Under the pieces are notes generated by a model that was not told the origin of the DNA, searched no databases, and saw only the letters and a program-made list of their open reading frames with translations. Source: an uncultured Gemmatimonadales bacterium (GTDB lineage: Bacteria > Gemmatimonadota > Gemmatimonadetes > Gemmatimonadales > GWC2-71-9). Taken from it: 64,000 nucleotides of DNA. Positions within the stretch are counted from its first letter, which is position 1. Each line of letters opens with the position of its first letter. The stretch spans positions 512,001 to 576,000 of the forward strand of contig CAWCFX010000004.1 of NCBI GenBank assembly GCA_963795085.1, in the 5' to 3' direction. The position numbers and the translations under genes were made by a program. Shown in pieces: positions 48,807 to 58,206 of this stretch.

Positions 48807-49706
48807 ATGCCCCGGAGACTTCTGCTGGCCCTGACCCTTCCGTTCCTGGCGCTGGCCTGCGAAGGCCGCCTGTCCAGCCCGGAAGCCAATGCCGTCGACG
48901 GCGGCTCCGCCGGCCGGATGGACGCCTTGCAGTCCCGTGGTTACGACGGTCCCGCCGAGCCGGCCACGCCGCCTCCAGGTCTTTCGATCAAGGCCGTTTC
49001 GTCGCCCGGAACCATTCCCCGGGACTCGGTCTCACTTTCCATGATCATCCGGACCGGCAACGCCTACATCGAGGTGGACTCCCTCGAGTCCGCTATCGCG
49101 GCCGTCCGGCGGCTGGCGGAGAGCGCCGGCGGGTATATCGCCAATAGCGCCATTCAGTCGGGCCAGGGCCAGCTCCGCCAAGCCACGCTGGAGATCAAGA
49201 TCCCCTCCACCCGCTACGACCAGGCCATTGGTGGCCTGGCCGCGATCGGCAAACTGGTGAACTCCTCCACCAGCGCGCAGGACGTGGGCGAAGAGTTCGT
49301 GGATGTGAGCGCCCGGGTGTCCAACGCCCGCCGGATGGAGGAGCGGCTGGTGAACCTGCTTGCCACCCGGACCGGGAAGCTGGAAGATGTGCTGGCGGTG
49401 GAACGGGAGCTGGCGCGGGTGCGGGAAGAGATCGAACGGTATGAAGGCCGGCTGCGCTATCTCCGAACCCAGGTCGCCATGAGCACGCTGTCGGTGACGG
49501 TATCCGAGCCGGGCCCAGTGGTGGGGCAGCCGGGTTCCAACGTGGTAGTCGAAGCGCTCAAGCAGGCCTGGCGCAACAGCGTGATGGTGGTGGCCAACGG
49601 GATTGAGATGCTGGGCGCGGTGCTGCCGGTGGCGTTGCTGGGCCTGGTGGCCTGGCTGGGCCTTCGGCGGTGGCGGTCGCGGAGGGCCGCGGTCTCACAA
49701 GCCTGA
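48807..49706 (+). CDS. DUF4349 lipoprotein
   Basis: Lipobox ALAC; MIIRTG, AQDVGEEFVD, ELARVREEIERYEGRLRYL; C-terminal TM. Confidence 0.88.
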   Translation: MPRRLLLALTLPFLALACEGRLSSPEANAVDGGSAGRMDALQSRGYDGPAEPATPPPGLSIKAVSSPGTIPRDSVSLSMIIRTGNAYIEVDSLESAIAAVRRLAESAGGYIANSAIQSGQGQLRQATLEIKIPSTRYDQAIGGLAAIGKLVNSSTSAQDVGEEFVDVSARVSNARRMEERLVNLLATRTGKLEDVLAVERELARVREEIERYEGRLRYLRTQVAMSTLSVTVSEPGPVVGQPGSNVVVEALKQAWRNSVMVVANGIEMLGAVLPVALLGLVAWLGLRRWRSRRAAVSQA

Positions 49707-49722
49707 CCAACGGGGTGTCGCG

Positions 49723-50577
49723 TCAGCCGCCGGTTTCCACCGGGCCGAGCCGGCGCGACACCCACTCTTCGACATCTCCCAGCACCTCCCGCCAGTTGAG
49801 GTCCACGAAGAGGTTGTGATAGCCGCCCGGATAGATCCGGAGTTCCTTGTCCGGGTGGCGCACCCGCTCGTAGAACCAGGTGGTGCCCTCCGGAGCGGCG
49901 ACCTTGTCGTCCGCGCCGTGCTGCAGAAGCAGCGGGACCGCGAATTCACCGGCCTGCCCCCGCACCCGCGCAATCGCCGCCACGAGCTCGGTGCCCAGCC
50001 GCGCCGTGCCGCGGCCATGGACCAGCGGGTCCGCGTCCAGCCGTTCCACCGCTTTCGGGTCGCGCGACATGTTGGCGCTGTCGAGACCGGTGTCCAGGCC
50101 GAAGCCGGGCCAGACCCGTGACATCACCCGGCTCACCCGCATCAGGATCGGCGAGACACCGATATCGCCCAGCGCGGGACCCATGGCCACCAGCCCCCGC
50201 AGCTCGCTGCCGTAATGAAGGGCATAATCAATCGATATGAGCCCACCCATGCTGTGCCCCACCAGGTGAACCGGCACCGCGGGGCCGGCGGCCCGCGCCA
50301 GCTGCACCATGGTGTGAACATCCTCGCGGTACTCGGCCCACCGGCCGATATACCCCCGGGCGCCGGAGGATCGGCCGTGCCCCCGCAGGTCAAAGGTGAG
50401 CACCCGGTAGCCGCGCCCGACGAAGTACTCGCTGAGGTGATCGTAGATCGTGCCGTACTCCCCAAACCCGTGGACCACTACGAGCGTGGCGCGGGGCGAT
50501 GCGGTCCCGGCGGGGGCGGCCAGGCGGTAGTGCAGGGTGGTGCCGGAGGGTGTTCGGCGGGTGCCTTCGGCACTCAT
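49723..50577 (-). CDS. Lysophospholipase/monoglyceride lipase-like hydrolase
   Basis: VHGFGE, DLRGHGRS, GHSMGG, HGADD, GGYH. Confidence 0.92.
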   Translation of the reverse strand: MSAEGTRRTPSGTTLHYRLAAPAGTASPRATLVVVHGFGEYGTIYDHLSEYFVGRGYRVLTFDLRGHGRSSGARGYIGRWAEYREDVHTMVQLARAAGPAVPVHLVGHSMGGLISIDYALHYGSELRGLVAMGPALGDIGVSPILMRVSRVMSRVWPGFGLDTGLDSANMSRDPKAVERLDADPLVHGRGTARLGTELVAAIARVRGQAGEFAVPLLLQHGADDKVAAPEGTTWFYERVRHPDKELRIYPGGYHNLFVDLNWREVLGDVEEWVSRRLGPVETGG

Positions 50578-51476
50578 GCCGGCACCCGGTCTTCCTCTTC
50601 CAGCGACTGGTTGATTTCGCGAGCCGCTTCGGCGCCCTCGGCGGCCGCCACGATCACGAACTGGGTCGCCTTGGATGCATCGCCGGCGACGAAGAGGCCG
50701 GGAACGTTGGTGGTCTCGCAGTGGCCGGTCAGGACGGCGCCCTTGTCGGTGAATTCGCAGCCAAAATCGGCAGCGATCGCGGAGCGCTGCCGCTGGCCGT
50801 TGGTGAAGAAGAGCGCCCGGCAGGGAAAGGGGTCGCCCGATTCGAAGACCACCCGTTCCAGCCGGTCCCCGGCGCCTTCCAGCCGAGCCACCCGCTCCTC
50901 CCGGACGGCGATCCCGTGACGCTCCAGCATGGCACGGTCCCCTGGCTCGATGAGCGAAGGCCCGTCGGAACAGACCACGAGATTCCCGGTCCAGGTGCGG
51001 AGCGTCATCGCCAGGCCGGTCACTTCGGCGCCCTTGCCGTAAGCGGCGATGGGCTGGTCACGCACTTCCCACCCGTCGCAGTACGGACAGTGGTGGACGC
51101 TGGCTCCGTAGAACTGGTCCAGCCCCTCGACCGGGGGGATCTCGTCCACCACGCCCGTCGCGAGCAGAAGCCGCCGTGCCGATCGGGTCTCGTCGTTGGC
51201 CAGCCGGACGGTGAAATGGCCGGCTTCCCGCCGTGCGGATACGACCTCCATCGTTTCCTGCGTCACGGTTTCGTACTGCCGCAGGTCCTCCCGGCCGGCG
51301 GCGAGAAAATCCGCCGGAGCCATGCCGTCGCGGCTCAGGTAGCCGTGCATGGCGCCGGCCCGGATGTTCCGCGGGCTTCCCACGTCGCAGACCAGGACCG
51401 ACCGGCGGCAGCGGCCCAGCATGAGGGCGGCGCTGAGCCCGGCGGGACCACCTCCGACAATGATGACGTCGAGCAT
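50574..51476 (-). CDS. Thioredoxin-reductase-like FAD oxidoreductase
   Basis: GGGPAG, LLATG, HCPYCDGWE, TNVPGLFVAGD. Confidence 0.9.
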   Translation of the reverse strand: MLDVIIVGGGPAGLSAALMLGRCRRSVLVCDVGSPRNIRAGAMHGYLSRDGMAPADFLAAGREDLRQYETVTQETMEVVSARREAGHFTVRLANDETRSARRLLLATGVVDEIPPVEGLDQFYGASVHHCPYCDGWEVRDQPIAAYGKGAEVTGLAMTLRTWTGNLVVCSDGPSLIEPGDRAMLERHGIAVREERVARLEGAGDRLERVVFESGDPFPCRALFFTNGQRQRSAIAADFGCEFTDKGAVLTGHCETTNVPGLFVAGDASKATQFVIVAAAEGAEAAREINQSLEEEDRVPA

Positions 51477-51486
51477 AGGAGTAGTC

Positions 51487-51556
51487 GAGTGCAGAGTGCA
51501 GAGTGCAGAGTGCAGAGGGGAAAGTGCAGCGTGCAGCGTACCGCGTGCCGCGAGCT
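51487..51556. repeat. Heptamer tandem array, 10 units, GAGTGCA drifting to GCGTGCC
   Basis: GAGTGCA x4, GAGGGGA, AAGTGCA, GCGTGCA, GCGTACC, GCGTGCC, GCGAGCT. Confidence 0.9.
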
Positions 51557-52082
51557 ATTGCCGGATTACCAAGACCGGCTGGTTCTCCGGCAGCCAGGTT
51601 CCCGGTCCCTTCCGAACCGCCTCCACCGGAACATTAACCACGGGGAGACCTTTGTGGTCCAGGGAAAGGGAATTGTCATGGCTGAACTGCAGATAATAAA
51701 GCGTGGGGCCGGCATTGCGGGCGTGCTCGACCACGAATGAAGCCACCGCTTTCGGCCAGTGCCCTTCGGGCCGTACCTTCTTCTCAAGGGCCCGGCGATG
51801 GTTATCGAGCGCCCTGACGATCGCCTCCCGGTCCAGGCCAATCTCCTTGTACCTGGCCCTGAGGTGGGCCTCGTCCTCCCGGCTGAGCGGTTGCCGAAAC
51901 CGCACCAGGTCGCAGGAGCAGGCACCATGCACCAGCCGGAGCGCCGTCTGGGCGTCGGGGTGTTCGGCCAGCAACGCGCGTGCTTCGCCGGGATCCAGCA
52001 GCTCGGCGGAGAGGCCCGGGGCGATCATGGACCGCACCTCACTCAGGGTGAGCGGGCTGGCGAGGTAGAGGAAGTAACACAA
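51555..52082 (-). CDS. Hypothetical protein with CSC motif
   Basis: Fills the gap in a minus-strand gene run; typical codon usage; TTG start. Confidence 0.7.
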   Translation of the reverse strand: MCYFLYLASPLTLSEVRSMIAPGLSAELLDPGEARALLAEHPDAQTALRLVHGACSCDLVRFRQPLSREDEAHLRARYKEIGLDREAIVRALDNHRRALEKKVRPEGHWPKAVASFVVEHARNAGPTLYYLQFSHDNSLSLDHKGLPVVNVPVEAVRKGPGTWLPENQPVLVIRQ

Positions 52083-52113
52083 GGGCAGTGAGAGGTGAGA
52101 AGGGAGAGGTAAA

Positions 52114-52488
52114 CTAGCCGGTTGGCGGGGTTTCGCGCTTCTGGAGGAGCATCCGGGCCGCGTCGCCGGCGGGTCCGCCGCTGGCCACGATCCGCTGGAG
52201 GGTCGCAGTGTCCTCGTCCTTGAGCATGCCGGCCATCATGACCAGCATGGCATGTGAGGTGTTGGCGGTCCGCCCATCGAGCCCGGCCTGGCGGGCCTTA
52301 TATCCGAGAAGCAGGGCACAGAGGAGGCAGAGGAAGAATCCGCCGAGGGAGAGGAGACCGACTTCGCGGGGCAGCACGCCGCGGGCGCCGGCCAGCCCAG
52401 TGGCGAGGAACCCGAGGGCCAGGATGAGAAAGACCCAGAGTCCCACGCGGTAGGGGCGGGCGGCGGACGGCGTTGGTGCTGGGCTCAG
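52114..52488 (-). CDS. Small two-TM membrane protein; start uncertain (possible CTG overlapping the groES stop)
   Basis: Two hydrophobic helices in the ORF 52114..52650 frame. Confidence 0.6.
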   Translation of the reverse strand: MSPAPTPSAARPYRVGLWVFLILALGFLATGLAGARGVLPREVGLLSLGGFFLCLLCALLLGYKARQAGLDGRTANTSHAMLVMMAGMLKDEDTATLQRIVASGGPAGDAARMLLQKRETPPTG

Positions 52489-52847
52489 GTGTTCTGCCGG
52501 ATGAGGACGAGAATGGCGGCCTGGGGGACCACGAGGTAGCGCTTCTCCTCGAAGGTGATCTCGACCGCGGCCTTGCGGAAGAAGATCGCGTGGTCTCCGA
52601 TCCGGGCCTGCATCGGGCGGAAGCGGCCCTGCTTCTCGCCGGCGCGCCACGGCTCTTCGTCGAAGCTGCCGAGGTCGGGGACCGGGTCCCCGGGCCCGGT
52701 GGCGACGATTACGCCGCTCTGGACCTGCTGGGACTCAATGGCGGTGGGGGGCAGGTACAGCCCGACCCGGGTGCGCTCCTCGCCCTCTTCGGGAGAGATG
52801 AGCACCCGGTCGCCCACGACCATCAGTTCTTTGTGATCTGGATCCAT
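52485..52847 (-). CDS. groES: GroES-family co-chaperonin (no adjacent groEL)
   Basis: GDRVLI, GLYLP, GVIVATGPG, IGD, YLVV. Confidence 0.85.
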   Translation of the reverse strand: MDPDHKELMVVGDRVLISPEEGEERTRVGLYLPPTAIESQQVQSGVIVATGPGDPVPDLGSFDEEPWRAGEKQGRFRPMQARIGDHAIFFRKAAVEITFEEKRYLVVPQAAILVLIRQNT

Positions 52848-52895
52848 CGAAACTCCGTGTTACCCCTGCTCACTTCACCTCGCACTTCTCTCTTC

Positions 52896-53363
52896 TCACT
52901 GCATCTCATGCGCCGTCATCAGGTCGGTGATCCGGAGCCGGCGCTGGCCATTGGGGAGCCGGAGGTCCACCTCATCTCCCGTCTTGCCATCCTTGAGGGC
53001 GCGGCCGAGGGGCGAGGCCACGGAGATATGGCCGAGGTCGAAGTCGGCCATCTCGCCCAGCACCAGCACGTAGGTCTCGGTCTCTCCGCTCTTGAGGTCC
53101 TCCACCGTGACCTTGGAGCCCAGGCCGACCCGGTCGGTGGGGGAGTGTCCGGTCATCTCGCTCAGCTGGCTCAGCCGCTGGTGCAGCTGTCCCAGCCGCG
53201 CCTGCACGAACTGCTGCCGCTCGAGGGCCGCCTTGTATTCTGAGTTCTCCCGGAGGTCGCCCAGCTCCACGGCGGTGGCGATGGCCTGCGGAAGGGTCAC
53301 ATTGAGTTCGTGGCTGAGCTGTTCGACTTCATGGCTCAGCTTCTCGCGCATTTCGCGTATCAT
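52896..53363 (-). CDS. greA: Transcription elongation factor GreA/GreB
   Basis: GDLRENSEY, VGLGSKV, ISVASPLGRAL. Confidence 0.92.
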   Translation of the reverse strand: MIREMREKLSHEVEQLSHELNVTLPQAIATAVELGDLRENSEYKAALERQQFVQARLGQLHQRLSQLSEMTGHSPTDRVGLGSKVTVEDLKSGETETYVLVLGEMADFDLGHISVASPLGRALKDGKTGDEVDLRLPNGQRRLRITDLMTAHEMQ

Positions 53364-53378
53364 GGTGGCTTACAAGCG

Positions 53379-53416
53379 AAAAAAGGTTGACCCGGACGGC
53401 ACTCCGCCCGGGTTCC
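53379..53416 (-). terminator. Intrinsic-terminator-like hairpin upstream of greA
   Basis: Minus strand ACCCGGGCGG-AGTG-CCGTCCGGGT then CAACCTTTTTT. Confidence 0.55.
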
Positions 53417-53660
53417 AGGGACTGCTGGCATGGGGCATTGTGGCCCCGCCAGTCTCAAGATACGCAACATTCCGCCGTTTGGGGAGAACCCCGGTTTCTT
53501 GCCGCTTGCGAGACTGCAAACCAGGTTGAAAAGTGTGGCATTATTGTACGGTTCCGCTGACCCCATGTTCAAATGTGTAAGCGTATGACATGGCTTCTCT
53601 TGACGGCTCTTTGCATCCTCGAAAACTGGGCAGGAAATGACCGGATCGACCACCGGAATC

Positions 53661-53676
53661 TGGCATATGTTGTGCC
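53661..53676 (+). promoter_or_regulatory. Possible sigma-54 promoter
   Basis: TGGCAT-ATGTT-GTGCC (GG-N10-GC) upstream of the M23 gene. Confidence 0.35.
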
Positions 53677-53731
53677 TTCTTCTTCGCTGACCTGATGCCG
53701 TCCCTGAGCCGCTCCTTTTCCTGAGTCCCTC

Positions 53732-54706
53732 ATGACCCCTCGGTGGCCTGCCCTTGTCGCGCTGCTCAGCCTGGTGCTGGCTCTGCCGGCGCGCGCCCGG
53801 GCCGGCGATCCATCGCGGGCTTCCATCACGATTCTCAGCACACCGCGTCATGACGGCGGTTATTGGGCGCCGCAGGTGATCCGGGCCGAGGGGTCGCTGG
53901 ATGGCTCGCTCTACCGCTCGTTCGCCGCGGTCTTTCCCGATAGCATTCTCAGTCAGCGGGAACGGGCTTACATGGCCTGGGAGGTGGCGGAGATCTTCCG
54001 GTGGCGCGCCGACTTTACCCGGGGCATCCAGCCCGGCGATCATTTCCGGGTCATCTTCGAGCGGCTGCTGTCGCCCCATGGGGAGGTCCGCTATGGCCGG
54101 TTGCTGGCGGCTGATATCGTGCTGCAGGGCCGGGTGCTCATCGCCTACGAGTTCGACGATCCCCAGGGCCGCACCGCCTTCTACGACCACGAGGGCAAGT
54201 CGCTCCAGCGGGATTTCCTCCGGGTTCCGGTCGAGTTCAAGCGGATCTCATCTGATTTCGGATCCCGTTATCACCCCATCCTGCGCCGCTGGCGCGACCA
54301 CGAAGGGATTGACTACGCGGCGCTTTCCGGCTCGCCAGTGATGAGCGTGGGCGAGGGCACCGTGATCCGGGCCGGCATGGCCGGCGGCTATGGCCGGCTG
54401 GTCGAAATTCGCCACGGTGATGGGATGATCACCCGGTACGCCCATCTGCGCGGCTACGGCGCTGGCGTCCGTGCGGGCGCCCGGGTGAGCCAGGGGCAGG
54501 TGATCGGCTACGTCGGGAAGACCGGCCTGGCGACCGGTCCCCATCTGCATTTCGAGTTCCGGGTGAACGGTGTGGCCCGTGATCCCGATGAGATCACCAG
54601 CGGCGAAGGCACTCCCGTGCCGGCCGGCCAGAGGGCGGCTTTCCTGGCGCAGGTGGAGCGGTACCGCCTCTACCTGGAACTGGAGCGCGAGTTGGCCCGG
54701 AACTGA
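53732..54706 (+). CDS. M23 peptidoglycan endopeptidase
   Basis: HEGIDYA, YAHL, TGPHLHFE. Confidence 0.93.
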   Translation: MTPRWPALVALLSLVLALPARARAGDPSRASITILSTPRHDGGYWAPQVIRAEGSLDGSLYRSFAAVFPDSILSQRERAYMAWEVAEIFRWRADFTRGIQPGDHFRVIFERLLSPHGEVRYGRLLAADIVLQGRVLIAYEFDDPQGRTAFYDHEGKSLQRDFLRVPVEFKRISSDFGSRYHPILRRWRDHEGIDYAALSGSPVMSVGEGTVIRAGMAGGYGRLVEIRHGDGMITRYAHLRGYGAGVRAGARVSQGQVIGYVGKTGLATGPHLHFEFRVNGVARDPDEITSGEGTPVPAGQRAAFLAQVERYRLYLELERELARN

Positions 54707-54818
54707 GCTGACCGGGAAGGGAAGGGAACGATCGTAATTCCCGTGATGTCCCTTCCCGACGCATCAACCCTTCATTGCGTCCTGCCGGGTCTCCCTCGCA
54801 GTCGTGTCCCGCCCTTCC

Positions 54819-56096
54819 CTATTCTCTCAGATCAAACTGGTAGATGCGTCCCGGCAGTATCGCGGTGGGCCGGGTGACGAACAGCGTGCGGGTGGTACTG
54901 GAGTAGGTGACCGCCCAGATGTCCCTCGTATCCTCGCAGGAGTCCTGGTCCGGTGGCACCCCGAGGCTGGCCTGGAGTGCGAGTGTCGCGGGATCAAGAA
55001 CGAACAGACGTACCCGGCAGTCAGCTCCCACAACCGGCACGTAGAGCCCCGCCGTCCCCAGCGCAAGGCCAGCGGTCCAGCCCTGGAGTCCCCGGGTGGC
55101 CAGGATCTCTCCGTCCTCAGCGTCGGCCAACATCACCAGCGAGGAATCGCTGGTGATGCCCCCCGTCATGTACAGGTGGTTGCCATCAGGGGAGAAGGCG
55201 GCCGCGGCGTCCGATTTGATCGCGGTAATTCGATAGGCTACATCTCCGGTCGTCATGTCTAACACGGGTATGGCGGGATTATTCAATCCCGAACAGCAAT
55301 TAACGCCCGATGCGGCACGATTGGCGCTGGGGCTGTAGTACATGTGACTCAGGGGCCGAAAATCCTGGAAAGTCCGCACCCAGCTGCCTCCCCGGCCAAT
55401 TATGGTTCCAGAGCTGGTCGGGTCAACATTCAATTGTGAAAACACGAAGGCCGAATCGGCGACTTGGAACAGAATGCCACCGGAGAAGGGAAGGCTGTCA
55501 ATCAGCGTTGGGAGCGGCTCCAGTCGCCACCGCTCGGTCAGGTCGCGCTTCGGGACCAGGAGTAAGCCCTGCTGATAGCTGGTTCCGAGATAAATCGGAA
55601 CCCCGGCTGTACTCAATCCTGGAAAGCTCTTGAGACTTCCCGTCCTCGGGTCAAGGACGACGGGCGCAAACTGCCCGCCGGTGTTGATGTGCCCGAGGAC
55701 CTGCTGGCCGTTGGCGTCCGGCCAGCGACGCACGGGCGGGTACACGATCCCCGCAATGTCTCGCGCATCCTTGAACCCGGTGACCTCGACCGTGCCGAGC
55801 GGCCGGGTACCCCGGGAGGATTGGTAGCTCAGGGCAATGCTGCCACTCGACACCCCTGGCAGTGTCACCGCGATCGTGGAATCATCAACTCTCCGCCAGG
55901 CGAGGACGCTGTCGGCGGTCCGGATACTGAACCGGGGGAGCCCGCTCTCCACGAGCGCCCCCTGGATGGTGACTTCGGCGCCGCTCCATTGCCGGGAGGG
56001 CACGATGACCGGATCCTCGGACGGAAGGCCCACCGGAGGGTCGTTGCAGCCGAGCAGGCCCAGCAGACTCGCTAAACTGACTAGCACGGGTTTCAT
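54819..56096 (-). CDS. Hypothetical lipoprotein, probable beta-propeller
   Basis: MKPVLVSLASLLGLLGC lipobox; FSPDG repeat-like motif. Confidence 0.7.
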   Translation of the reverse strand: MKPVLVSLASLLGLLGCNDPPVGLPSEDPVIVPSRQWSGAEVTIQGALVESGLPRFSIRTADSVLAWRRVDDSTIAVTLPGVSSGSIALSYQSSRGTRPLGTVEVTGFKDARDIAGIVYPPVRRWPDANGQQVLGHINTGGQFAPVVLDPRTGSLKSFPGLSTAGVPIYLGTSYQQGLLLVPKRDLTERWRLEPLPTLIDSLPFSGGILFQVADSAFVFSQLNVDPTSSGTIIGRGGSWVRTFQDFRPLSHMYYSPSANRAASGVNCCSGLNNPAIPVLDMTTGDVAYRITAIKSDAAAAFSPDGNHLYMTGGITSDSSLVMLADAEDGEILATRGLQGWTAGLALGTAGLYVPVVGADCRVRLFVLDPATLALQASLGVPPDQDSCEDTRDIWAVTYSSTTRTLFVTRPTAILPGRIYQFDLRE

Positions 56097-56260
56097 AGGA
56101 AACTGGGCTAAGATGTCGTTGGGTCCGGGAGGGGACGAAGCCTGACTCAGCCTACAGCACCGGTGCCTGCGGGGGAAGACCATTCCGTTTCCCTGAAACC
56201 ACCTGACGGGGCCCCCGTAACGACCCCGGCGGGTTTGAATTTCCACTTCCTGGAGGAACC

Positions 56261-57574
56261 ATGCGGTACGTCGTGTTTGCCCTGGTCGTCTCAAGCCTTC
56301 AGCCTGGCTTACTTCGGGCCCAGGCCGGCTCGCCCGCCGGACCGGTGCCGGTGGAGCGGCTGACCGCCCGCCGGGCCGCGCTGCTCGACCGCATCGGGGA
56401 CGGGGTCGCGATTGTCCGGTCGGCGGATGAAAAGAGCATCGAGGGGGACTACCCGCAGGACAGCGATTTCCGGCAGGACAACAACTTCTTCTACCTGACC
56501 GGCCTGGAAACCCCGAAGTCCTGGCTGGTGCTGGTGGCGCGAACCGCCGGTCCGGACAGCGTCATCCTGTTCATCCCGCCCCGGGACAGCATGCAGGAGC
56601 GGTGGACGGGCCCGCAGATGGGACCCGGCCCGGAGGCCACCGCCGCCACCGGGATCGCCGACGTGCGCTCCAACCGCGACCTGCGCGACCAGGTGCGGGA
56701 GCTGGTGCTGGCCGCAAAGTCTCCGGTCTTTCTTCCCCGGTACCGGGCGCCCCGCGACTCGCTGGTGCTCCGGGAACTGGGGCTGGCTGATTCCGCCACC
56801 CGGTCGATCGAAAGGAAATCGCTGGCGGGGCACCTGGCCGCGCTCCGCCAGGTCAAGGACGCCGACGAACTTGCCCGGCTTCGCCGCGCGATTGACATCA
56901 CCGCCGAGGCGCACCGGGAGGCGATGAAGGCGGCCCGCCCCGGGATGTGGGAATATGAACTGGAAGCGCTGATCGAGTACACGTTCCGGAGGCTGGGGGC
57001 CGAACGGGTGGGGTTTCCGACCATCGTCGGTACCGGGATCAACGCCACGACCCTGCACTATGACAAGGGGCGCCGGCAGAGCGCGGCCGGCGAGATGGTC
57101 GTCATGGACATTGGCGCCGAGTTCGGGTACTACTCCGCCGACGTCACCCGGACCATTCCCATCAGCGGCCGTTTCACTCCGCGCCAGCGCGACATTTATA
57201 ACCTTGTCCTGGGCGCCCAGCAGGCGGCCATAGACTCGGTCCGGCCCGGCATGACCATCAGCCAGCTGCAGCAGATCGCTTCCGATTATATGCGGGAACA
57301 TTCGGGGGATCTGTGCGCGCCCGGCCCCTGCAACCGCTACTTCATCCACGGCCTCTCCCACTGGCTCGGCATGGACGTCCACGACGTGGGGAACTACGCC
57401 GCGAAACTGGCTCCCGGCATGGTCCTCACCGTGGAGCCGGGGATCTACATCCCGGGCGAGGCCCTCGGTGTCCGGATCGAGGACGACATCCTGGTGACCG
57501 CGACCGGCTCCGAGAACCTCTCGGCCAAGGCACCCCGGACGGTGGAAGAAATCGAGCGGCTGATGCGCCGGTAG
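56261..57574 (+). CDS. pepP: Secreted Xaa-Pro aminopeptidase (M24B)
   Basis: FRQDNNFFYLTG, DIGAE..ADVTRT, HGLSHWLGMDVHD, TVEPG, RIEDD. Confidence 0.93.
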   Translation: MRYVVFALVVSSLQPGLLRAQAGSPAGPVPVERLTARRAALLDRIGDGVAIVRSADEKSIEGDYPQDSDFRQDNNFFYLTGLETPKSWLVLVARTAGPDSVILFIPPRDSMQERWTGPQMGPGPEATAATGIADVRSNRDLRDQVRELVLAAKSPVFLPRYRAPRDSLVLRELGLADSATRSIERKSLAGHLAALRQVKDADELARLRRAIDITAEAHREAMKAARPGMWEYELEALIEYTFRRLGAERVGFPTIVGTGINATTLHYDKGRRQSAAGEMVVMDIGAEFGYYSADVTRTIPISGRFTPRQRDIYNLVLGAQQAAIDSVRPGMTISQLQQIASDYMREHSGDLCAPGPCNRYFIHGLSHWLGMDVHDVGNYAAKLAPGMVLTVEPGIYIPGEALGVRIEDDILVTATGSENLSAKAPRTVEEIERLMRR

Positions 57575-57580
57575 GCCCGG

Positions 57581-58069
57581 TCAGGTTTTGCCCGGGCCGG
57601 CCGTCCAGGCCGCCAGGTTCCGTTCGATCTGCCGGGCATGCACCTCCAGGTGCTCGGCGTAGAGTTCCATCCATTTTTCCACTCCGTAACTGGCGTGCTC
57701 GGTGTGGCGGCCGGCCTTGGCCCAGGCCGAATCCGGCAGGCTGGTGAGCAGCGGCACCGTATTGGCCCGAACCGCGACAATCGTGGCCAGCGCCGGTTCC
57801 AGCGGTAACTCGTGATAGTTGAAGGCCTTGGCCCACAGATCCTGGTCGTAGCCCACGATCAGCGGGTCGGCCTCGCCGAGGAGGTAGCGGATCCGCATAT
57901 GGGCATTGGTCTCGCTGTCCGCGCAGTGCAGGATGACCTCGTGCACCGACCATTTTCCAGCCGAGGGGCGCCATTTCCGGGCGCCCGGCGGAACCTTGTC
58001 CAGGGCCTGGCTGAGCAGGGCCGGGCCCTCGGCGTAGCGGCGGATGAGCGCTTCGTGGCTGTCGGGCAT
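57581..58069 (-). CDS. DinB/YfiT-like four-helix bundle protein
   Basis: KWSVHEVILHCADSE, YDQDLWA, HLEVH. Confidence 0.88.
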   Translation of the reverse strand: MPDSHEALIRRYAEGPALLSQALDKVPPGARKWRPSAGKWSVHEVILHCADSETNAHMRIRYLLGEADPLIVGYDQDLWAKAFNYHELPLEPALATIVAVRANTVPLLTSLPDSAWAKAGRHTEHASYGVEKWMELYAEHLEVHARQIERNLAAWTAGPGKT

Positions 58070-58206
58070 GGCGACCTCGGGTGACGGGGTTTGGAACTTA
58101 ACAAAGCCAGCGACTTAAGTGCTTGACTCAGCGGGGATTGGTAGCTATCCTGCCCTCGATTTTTCAATAGCTTGCCCCACGTCATTTTCGTCGGGATAAA
58201 ATCCAC

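Noticed and set aside
57581..58069. DinB-family gene as DNA polymerase IV
   Set aside because: It is the unrelated DinB/YfiT helical-bundle family
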